Positions 57,836 through 64,000 of a stretch of DNA of 64,000 nt are shown here, in pieces. Location: contig CAYQJG010000010.1 in assembly GCA_964417715.1 (NCBI GenBank), positions 9,291-73,290 on the forward strand, in the 5' to 3' direction. Position 1 is the stretch's first letter. Every line of letters starts with the position of its first letter. A model generated the notes under the pieces. It had not been told where the DNA came from, did not search any database, and saw only the letters and a program-made list of their open reading frames with translations. The translations under genes and the position numbers were made by a program. This stretch comes from an uncultured Lentisphaerales bacterium (GTDB lineage: Bacteria; Verrucomicrobiota; Kiritimatiellia; RFP12; CAYQJG01).

Positions 57836-59629
57836 ATGGCCAAGAAGCAAGTCAAGTTCATGTGCACGGCGTTTCGCGACGGCTTTCAGTCCGTCTACGG
57901 AGCGCGCGTGCTGACACGCGATTTCATGCCCGCCGTCCAGGCTGCGTACGAGGCCGGCATCCGTTGGTTCGAGGCGGGCGGCGGCGCGCGCTTCCAGTCC
58001 TGCTACTTCTACTGCAACGAAGACGCATTCGCGCAGATGGATCAGTTTCGCCAAGCCTGTCCCCAGGCCGACCTGCAGACGCTCTCACGCGGCGTCAACG
58101 TGGTGGGACTGGAGTCGCAGCCCAGCGACATGATCCGGCTGCATGCCCAGCTCTTCAGGAAGCACGGGGTCAGTTCGATCCGCAATTTCGACGCCCTCAA
58201 TGACGTCGAGAACCTCGTCCATTCCGGCCGCTGCATCCACGAAGCCGGCCTGAAGCACGAGGTGAGCGTCACCATGATGGGCCTGCCACCGGGCTGCGCC
58301 GGTGCGCATGACGCGCCCTTCTATGCCGGTGTCCTGCGCAAGATACTCGACGCGGGCATCCCCTTTGACCGCGTCTGTTTCAAGGACGCGTCAGGCACCT
58401 CGACACCTGCCACGGTTTTCGACACCATCAGGCAGGCCCGCCAGATGCTTCCAGCCGGCACGCATATCCAGTTCCACACGCACGAGACTGCCGGCACCAG
58501 CGTGCTCTGCTACAAAGCCGCCCTGGAAGCGGGTGCCGACGGCATCGATCTCTCGCTGGCTCCCGTTTCGGGCGGCACCTGTCAGCCGGACGTGATCGTC
58601 ATGTGGCACGCCTTGCGTGGCACGGAGTTCGATCTGGGCGTTGACATCAACAAGATCCGCAAGGTCGAGGACGTGTTCCGCGACTGCATGAAGGACTACC
58701 TCCTCCCGCCCGAAGCGCTGGCGGTCGATCCCGCGATCATCTGGAGTCCGATGCCGGGCGGGGCGCTCACAGCCAACACCCAGATGCTGCGCGACAACAA
58801 CATGCTGGACCGCTATCAGGACCTGATTGACGCCATGACCGAGGTCGTGACACGCGGCGGGTTCGGCACATCGGTCACGCCCGTCTCACAGTTCTACGTG
58901 CAACAGGCCTTTAACAACGTGCTGTTCGGCCCGTGGAAGAAGATCGCTGACGGCTACGGCAAGATGGTCCTCGGTTACTTCGGCCGAACACCGGTAGCCC
59001 CCGACGCCGACATCGTCAAGATCGCGTCCGAACAGCTCAAACTGTCGCCCACGACGAAGACGGTGCTCGCGATCAATGATGCCGATCCCAAGCGCGGCGT
59101 CAAAGCCGCGACCCAGTTGCTACAGGCTGCGAACCTGCCCATCACCGACGAGAACGTCTTCATCGCCGGCGCCTGCAAAGAGAAGGGCATCACCTTCCTG
59201 CAGGGCAAGGGCACCGTCGGCGTCTACTACAAGGAAGCAGCCAAGCCGGCGGCTTCGGCCAAGGCTGGCGGCGGCTGCACGGTCACCGTCAACGACAAGA
59301 CCTACGCGGTCGAGCTGCGCGGCGACAAGGCGGTCGTCAACGGCCGTGAGTACAGCGTGAATGTCAAGGATGGCATCCTGAAGGCCGCCCCGGCAGCGGC
59401 GGCGACCACCGGCAGCTACACGGATGTGAAAGCCCCCGTGCCCGGAGTCATCCTGCGGCTGATTGCCCGCCCCGGCGATGCGGTCAAAGTGGGCGACGAA
59501 CTGCTGGTCATGGAAGCCATGAAGATGGAGATGCCGATCAAGGCGACGGCGGCCGGATCGGTTCTCAGCATCGACGTGTCCCAATCCCAGAAAGTCAACA
59601 CGGGCGATGTCGTTGCCCGCATCGGCTGA
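57836..59629 (+). CDS. oadA: oxaloacetate decarboxylase alpha subunit / pyruvate carboxylase subunit B-type carboxyltransferase with C-terminal biotinyl domain
   Basis: Carboxyltransferase domain (FRDGFQS...) and a biotin attachment motif ([11 protein letters not shown]). An aggag RBS lies upstream. Internal Met56 of track ORF 57671..59629. Confidence 0.9.
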   Translation: MAKKQVKFMCTAFRDGFQSVYGARVLTRDFMPAVQAAYEAGIRWFEAGGGARFQSCYFYCNEDAFAQMDQFRQACPQADLQTLSRGVNVVGLESQPSDMIRLHAQLFRKHGVSSIRNFDALNDVENLVHSGRCIHEAGLKHEVSVTMMGLPPGCAGAHDAPFYAGVLRKILDAGIPFDRVCFKDASGTSTPATVFDTIRQARQMLPAGTHIQFHTHETAGTSVLCYKAALEAGADGIDLSLAPVSGGTCQPDVIVMWHALRGTEFDLGVDINKIRKVEDVFRDCMKDYLLPPEALAVDPAIIWSPMPGGALTANTQMLRDNNMLDRYQDLIDAMTEVVTRGGFGTSVTPVSQFYVQQAFNNVLFGPWKKIADGYGKMVLGYFGRTPVAPDADIVKIASEQLKLSPTTKTVLAINDADPKRGVKAATQLLQAANLPITDENVFIAGACKEKGITFLQGKGTVGVYYKEAAKPAASAKAGGGCTVTVNDKTYAVELRGDKAVVNGREYSVNVKDGILKAAPAAAATTGSYTDVKAPVPGVILRLIARPGDAVKVGDELLVMEAMKMEMPIKATAAGSVLSIDVSQSQKVNTGDVVARIG

Positions 59630-59661
59630 CCCTCATCACGCAATTGACGGAGTCCAACACC

Positions 59662-61092
59662 ATGAAACCGTTCATCCTTGCCTGTGTCGCCGCAACAGCC
59701 CTGACCTTCGGGTGGGTGGCCTGCGCTCAGAACGCCGTACCGGAAGCCGACGCCACGGCCCCCGCCGTCACAGCCGCCCCTTCAGCTGTCTCCGTGCCGA
59801 CAGCGGCTGCACTGGCCACACCCGCCGATGCGGCTCCGCGCGATGATATGGCGCACTTTCTCGGCAAGCTGAAAGGGCTCTGGGGCGAGACCGGCATCGC
59901 GGGCTTCATGCGCAAGACGCCTCCTCCCACGGCCGTCGACGACTATGGCCGCCCCGTCAAGCCGGGCATCATGCCTTACGGGATCGGCCAGGCCGTGATG
60001 ATCTTCGTCTGCCTCTTCCTGTTCTACCTGGCCATCGTCAAGGACTTCGAGCCGTTGCTGCTGCTGCCGATCGCCTTTGGCGGCCTTCTGGCCAACATCC
60101 CGAACGCCGGCATCCTCGATCCGCCCAATGTCGCGCTCTTCCAGCCCGGCGGATTCCTGTTCGAGATCTATCGTTTCGGTGTCAAGAGCGGCATCTTCCC
60201 GCTGCTCATCTTCATGGGCGTGGGCGCAATGACCGACTTCGGCCCGCTGATCGCCAACCCGCGTACGGCCATGCTCGGCGCCGCCGCCCAGCTCGGCATC
60301 TTCACCAGCCTGCTGGGCGCGTTGCTGATGACCAAGGCGTTTCCGGGTCTGGTTGACTTCGACCTGAAGGATGCAGCCTCCATCGGCATCATCGGCGGCG
60401 CCGATGGCCCGACGGCAATCTGGCTGTCGTCGCGGCTCTCGCCCGACTTGCTCGGCGCGATTGCCGTTGCCGCGTATTCCTACATGGCGCTGGTACCCAT
60501 CATCCAGCCGCCGATCATGAGGCTTTGCACAACCGCGCGTGATCGTACGATCAAGATGAAGCAGCTCCGGCACGTCACCAAGATGGAGAAGGTCTGCTTC
60601 CCGATCATCGTGACTCTGCTGTGCGCGTTGCTGCTCCCGAGCGCCGTGCCGCTGATCGGCGCCCTGATGTTCGGCAATCTCGCCCGCGAATGCGGCAAGG
60701 TCACGCGCCTTTCCGACACCATGGCCAACGATTTGATCAACATCGTGACCATTCTCCTCGGACTCTCCGTCGGCTCCAAGCTGGCAGCCGAACGCTTCCT
60801 GACCCCCGAGACGCTGGCCGTCATCCTGCTGGGATTGGCCGCCTTCTGCGTTGGCACGGCCGGCGGCGTCTGGATGGCCCGCATCATGAACCTGTTCAGC
60901 AAGGACAAGATCAACCCGCTGATTGGTTCGGCCGGCGTCTCGGCCGTACCCATGGCGGCACGCGTATCGAACAAGGTCGGGCTGGAGTATGACCCCGAGA
61001 ACTACCTGCTCATGCACGCCATGGGGCCGAACGTCTCGGGCGTCATCGGCTCGGCGGTTGTGGCGGGTGTGCTCTATACGGTCTGTCGCTAG
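59662..61092 (+). CDS. oadB: Na+-pumping decarboxylase beta subunit (OadB) with an atypical N-terminal extension of about 105 aa (hydrophobic segment plus Ala/Pro-rich linker)
   Basis: Strong collinearity with OadB from the [19 protein letters not shown] motif onward (...[19 protein letters not shown]..., ...[20 protein letters not shown]...). The upstream in-frame extension is preceded by a GGAG-like RBS. Confidence 0.8.
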   Translation: MKPFILACVAATALTFGWVACAQNAVPEADATAPAVTAAPSAVSVPTAAALATPADAAPRDDMAHFLGKLKGLWGETGIAGFMRKTPPPTAVDDYGRPVKPGIMPYGIGQAVMIFVCLFLFYLAIVKDFEPLLLLPIAFGGLLANIPNAGILDPPNVALFQPGGFLFEIYRFGVKSGIFPLLIFMGVGAMTDFGPLIANPRTAMLGAAAQLGIFTSLLGALLMTKAFPGLVDFDLKDAASIGIIGGADGPTAIWLSSRLSPDLLGAIAVAAYSYMALVPIIQPPIMRLCTTARDRTIKMKQLRHVTKMEKVCFPIIVTLLCALLLPSAVPLIGALMFGNLARECGKVTRLSDTMANDLINIVTILLGLSVGSKLAAERFLTPETLAVILLGLAAFCVGTAGGVWMARIMNLFSKDKINPLIGSAGVSAVPMAARVSNKVGLEYDPENYLLMHAMGPNVSGVIGSAVVAGVLYTVCR

Positions 61093-61150
61093 AGCGCGGG
61101 GTGGCGCGACGTTAGGCAGCCTGATCGACATCTTGCCAGGAGTACTGCCC

Positions 61151-62626
61151 GTGAAACTTCCTCTGTCTCGCCATCGCATTCGACTTGTCACATGCGCGGC
61201 GCTGCTGGCCGGCATCGGCCTGCCGGTCGCCTCGCCCGCGGCCTCCGGCGATCCGGACCTGAACGGGGCGCCCGTTCAGGCGTTGCGGGCCGAGTACGTC
61301 GGCAAGCGCGACGCCCTCGCCAAACAGCAGGCGGCCGAGCTTTCCCGCATCGTGGCCGACGGACTGGAACAGGCCCGGCAGATGCAGGCCAAGGCGAAAA
61401 TCTCGGGCAACGTCACTGCTCAGGCCGCGGCCAGCGCCGCCGTCCGAATCTACACGGAGGCCGGCGCCGCACTAACGCAGTCCGGCAAGTTGCTCCTCCC
61501 CGGCAGCGTCCGTCAGGACCTGGAGACGTTCGTCGAAGGCAGCCGGAAGGCCCAGCGGGCCTGCGATGAGCGTCACACCGCGGCCTTGCGCGCGCTCGAG
61601 GGCGAGTATGCGCCGCGCCTGGCCAAACTGGTGGCGGCGACCGCCAATGCGCCCGATACGGAGGAGGAGCAACTGGCGCTGCTCGGCAAACTGGCGGGTA
61701 CACCCGCCGTGGGAACGGTGGACAGCACGGCAACCAACACCGTCCTGGCAGATGCCGTCCTGATCCGCGCCAGCGGCGAAGCCAAGCAGTGGGAAACGCT
61801 GTTCCGCGGTGAGATCCGCGCCGTGGCGTTGGAGATCGTGCCCATCGCGGTGACCGGTCTGACCGCGCCCAAACAGACACAGAGCGAGGGCGACGAATCG
61901 CGCCAGCCCTACACGGTGCAACTCACGCCCGTGCGCGAATTCACGGCGACCGACCCGGCGCCCGCCTTCCGTGTGATGAGCCTGCCGCCGCTGGCACCGG
62001 TCGATGTCGTCGCCTGGCCCACGGCAGCCAACGGCTGGTCGATGGACCTGCGTGTCCGGCCCGCGCGCGACGGTATCTCGCGTCATGGCTTTGTGCTGGA
62101 GGTCGATGCCGCAGCCCGTGCCTCACGCCTGCTGCCCGGACAGACAGCACCCGCCGACCCGACCCCCGTCGCTGCGCTGCGGAAACCGGCCGACGCGACT
62201 CCTGCCGCCACCCCACGGCCGGTTGTGGCTGCCACGCCGACGCTGATTCGTGTGGCGGCATCCGCCCCGGGCTGGGTGCGCACCGGCCTTCAGGTGCGCA
62301 AGGGCGCGCGCGTTCAGGCCACCGTCACCGGCACGTGGAGTTGCGGCCAGGGCGGCGAGGCCGTGGACGCCGAAGGCTATCCCAACGGCGACCGGTTCTT
62401 CCGCTACTACCTGGACCCGCAACGCAATCCGCGCATCACGCAGGAAGCCAACTACGGCGCGCTGATCGCGCGCGTGCTGCCGGACGGTCCCATGCATGCG
62501 TTGGGCAAGCAGGCATCCTTTGCCGCCGAGAAAGCCGGCGAAGTGGTCCTCGCCATCAACGAAGACCCCGACTCCCGGCGCGACAACAAGGGCACCATGG
62601 AAGTGCGCCTGACCGTCGCCCCTTGA
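61151..62626 (+). CDS. secreted hypothetical protein (signal peptide; probable GTG start) with C-terminal beta-rich lectin/PA14-like domain
   Basis: VKLPLSRHRIRLVTCAALLAGIGLPVASPAAS signal peptide. An aggag lies about 8 nt upstream. The 5' part of track ORF 60923..62626 overlaps oadB and is rejected. Confidence 0.5.
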   Translation: MKLPLSRHRIRLVTCAALLAGIGLPVASPAASGDPDLNGAPVQALRAEYVGKRDALAKQQAAELSRIVADGLEQARQMQAKAKISGNVTAQAAASAAVRIYTEAGAALTQSGKLLLPGSVRQDLETFVEGSRKAQRACDERHTAALRALEGEYAPRLAKLVAATANAPDTEEEQLALLGKLAGTPAVGTVDSTATNTVLADAVLIRASGEAKQWETLFRGEIRAVALEIVPIAVTGLTAPKQTQSEGDESRQPYTVQLTPVREFTATDPAPAFRVMSLPPLAPVDVVAWPTAANGWSMDLRVRPARDGISRHGFVLEVDAAARASRLLPGQTAPADPTPVAALRKPADATPAATPRPVVAATPTLIRVAASAPGWVRTGLQVRKGARVQATVTGTWSCGQGGEAVDAEGYPNGDRFFRYYLDPQRNPRITQEANYGALIARVLPDGPMHALGKQASFAAEKAGEVVLAINEDPDSRRDNKGTMEVRLTVAP

Positions 62627-63514
62627 TCACGCGCGCGGATGGAAGCGTTTGTGCACGTCCAGCAGGCGGTCGCGGTCGACATGCGTGTAGATCTGGGTGG
62701 TGGCGATGTCGGCATGCCCCAGCATCTCCTGGATGGCGCGCAGTTCGGCGCCATTGGCCAGCAGATGACTGGCGAAGCAGTGGCGCAGTGTGTGGGGCGT
62801 GACGCGTCCGCCCAGTCCTGCGCTGCGCGCATACACGACGATCAACCTGTACAGCGCCTGCCGGCTGAACCCACGGCCCAGACGCGTCAGGAACAAACGC
62901 TCCTCATCGGCATGTTTCGCCAATGCGGGACGGACATCGCCCAGGTAGCGTGCCAGCGTGCTGAGGGACTGGCCGCCAACCGGCACGATCCGCTGCTTGG
63001 AGCCCTTGCCGGTGCACCGCAGGAATCCCGCCTCGGACTGCACATCGCCCACCCGCAGTTCGGACAGCTCCGATACCCGTAAGCCGCAGGCGTAGAACAG
63101 TTCCAGGATCGCCCGGTCGCGTATGTCGCGCGGTCGCTCGCCCGTTGCCGCCGCCAGTAACCGATCAACCTCGGCCGGCGAGAGGATGTCCGGCAGAAAG
63201 CGCCAGAGCTTCGGCGTCGACATGACGTCGGTCACGTTGGCATCCAGCAGCCCCTCCTGCTGCAGATACCGCAGCAGCACCTTGATGGCCACCAACCGCC
63301 GCGCCAACGTGGCCACCGCCAGCCCCTGATCGCGCTGCTCGGCCAGAAAATCCACGACATCGCGCCGCGTCAGGGCACTGAATCCCTGGACCGCGCGTCG
63401 GTCAAGAAACGCGGTGAAACAGGCCAAGTCAGCCGCATAGGCGACACGCGTGTTCGGCGACAGCCCACGCTCGTAGGCCAGATGATCCAGAAACTGGCCG
63501 ACCAGTGCGTTCAA
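62627..63514 (-). CDS. xerD: tyrosine recombinase XerC/XerD-like (probable TTG start)
   Basis: The C-terminal catalytic region has R...HxxR...Y residues (...TPHTLRHCFASHLL...TQIYTHV). The N-terminus LNALVGQFLDHLAYERGLSPNTRVAY aligns with Xer N-termini. The longer track ORF would overlap the upstream lipoprotein gene. Confidence 0.7.
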   Translation of the reverse strand: MNALVGQFLDHLAYERGLSPNTRVAYAADLACFTAFLDRRAVQGFSALTRRDVVDFLAEQRDQGLAVATLARRLVAIKVLLRYLQQEGLLDANVTDVMSTPKLWRFLPDILSPAEVDRLLAAATGERPRDIRDRAILELFYACGLRVSELSELRVGDVQSEAGFLRCTGKGSKQRIVPVGGQSLSTLARYLGDVRPALAKHADEERLFLTRLGRGFSRQALYRLIVVYARSAGLGGRVTPHTLRHCFASHLLANGAELRAIQEMLGHADIATTQIYTHVDRDRLLDVHKRFHPRA

Positions 63515-63521
63515 GGTGTTC

Positions 63522-63857
63522 CTACGGCCGGCAGTCGGGCGGCAAGGCCGCCTTCGCCACAGGGTTGGCCGGCAGTCCATTTGCGTCGAAGCCCGCCTCG
63601 GTGATCGCCAACTCGATGTTCTTGCGTCCCAGTTGCATGGAATCGTAACGGACGGTGACGCTGCCCGCCGCGAAGTCGAACACGAGCTTGTCAAACTCGA
63701 TTCCCCGCAGCGGCGCCAGCGACTTGCGCACACGCTGGGCGCAGGCCTCATTGCGGATGCCGGGCGACTGGATGACGAACGTGCGCACATCGGCCAGCCT
63801 GCAACCGGCGACGACCAGAACCACGCCAAGGAGAGAAAAGAGCGCTTTGGCTTTCAT
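63522..63857 (-). CDS. small lipoprotein (lipobox VVAGC) with HMA-like (ferredoxin-like) fold lacking the CxxC metal site
   Basis: MKAKALFSLLGVVLVVAGC signal/lipobox. ...SVTVRYDSMQLGRKNIELAITEAGFDANG resembles the HMA-domain C-terminus. Confidence 0.45.
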   Translation of the reverse strand: MKAKALFSLLGVVLVVAGCRLADVRTFVIQSPGIRNEACAQRVRKSLAPLRGIEFDKLVFDFAAGSVTVRYDSMQLGRKNIELAITEAGFDANGLPANPVAKAALPPDCRP

Positions 63858-64000
63858 GTCGGCATCATAATCCGGCCTGTGCCCAAAAAACAAGCCTTGC
63901 GCGCAGGCGCCGCATCGTGTTCATTGACGCTCGACATGACACCTGCCCCCGCCCAACCTGCCCTTGCGCCTCCGCCGCGGATCCTGATCCTGCGCCTTTC

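Noticed and set aside
60923-61150. 5' portion of track ORF 60923..62626 overlapping the 3' end of oadB
   Set aside because: This is an open frame running through the conserved OadB C-terminus. The real secreted protein most plausibly starts at the GTG at 61151, which is preceded by a Shine-Dalgarno-like sequence and directly followed by a signal peptide.
63515-63829. N-terminal 105-aa extension of the XerD-like ORF (Cys/Arg/Ser-rich)
   Set aside because: It would overlap the upstream lipoprotein gene by about 300 nt and has atypical composition. A TTG start at 63514 reproduces the canonical Xer N-terminus.
1-64000. Search for CRISPR arrays, tRNA/rRNA genes, IS elements or prophage blocks
   Set aside because: No direct-repeat/spacer periodicity, no tRNA-like cloverleaf candidates in the few intergenic gaps, and no transposase or phage structural genes were seen. 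The only mobility-related genes are the XerD-like recombinase and two TA modules.

Overview
This is a high-GC (roughly 65-70%), densely coding segment that looks chromosomal. Gene content points to a PVC-superphylum bacterium (Verrucomicrobia, Lentisphaerae, Kiritimatiellae or Planctomycetes-like). I saw no rRNA, tRNA, CRISPR array or obvious IS element.

In order along the window:
- A block of secreted or uncharacterised proteins: TPR-like, a BNR/Asp-box propeller protein, and a legumain-like clan-CD peptidase.
- A tightly overlapped 7-gene minus-strand operon: two tandem MoxR AAA+ ATPases, DUF58, a BatA-like vWA protein, a 1120-aa transmembrane coiled-coil protein, a vWA/GATase1-like protein and DUF4159.
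- A divergently transcribed Chlamydia-type V-ATPase operon (E, hypothetical, A, B, D, I, K). The K subunit carries a Na+-binding-like signature.
- zwf convergent with atpK, followed by a heparinase II/III-like gene that overlaps zwf by 4 nt and is probably co-transcribed.
- A 1783-aa gingipain (C25)-like multidomain protease.
- The norspermidine pathway pair (carboxynorspermidine dehydrogenase and nspC), split by a Phd/VapC toxin-antitoxin pair and followed by a ParE/antitoxin pair.
- A second heparinase-like gene and a GH4 glycosidase.
- A nikR-nikMN-nikQ-nikO nickel ECF transporter.
- A TetR regulator and a long acyl-CoA dehydrogenase.
- A long minus-strand string: fabH-fabF-fabZ-fabV, etfB-etfA, a 1074-aa TSP3-repeat secreted giant and a secreted hypothetical.
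- A divergent oadG-oadA-oadB Na+-pumping decarboxylase operon, in which OadB has an unusual N-terminal extension.
- A secreted hypothetical, a XerD-like recombinase and a small lipoprotein.

Many long antisense ORFs in the six-frame track are high-GC artefacts. Internal start positions were derived by codon arithmetic from the supplied ORF track. Single-nucleotide claims (exact start codons, motif positions) should be re-verified computationally.
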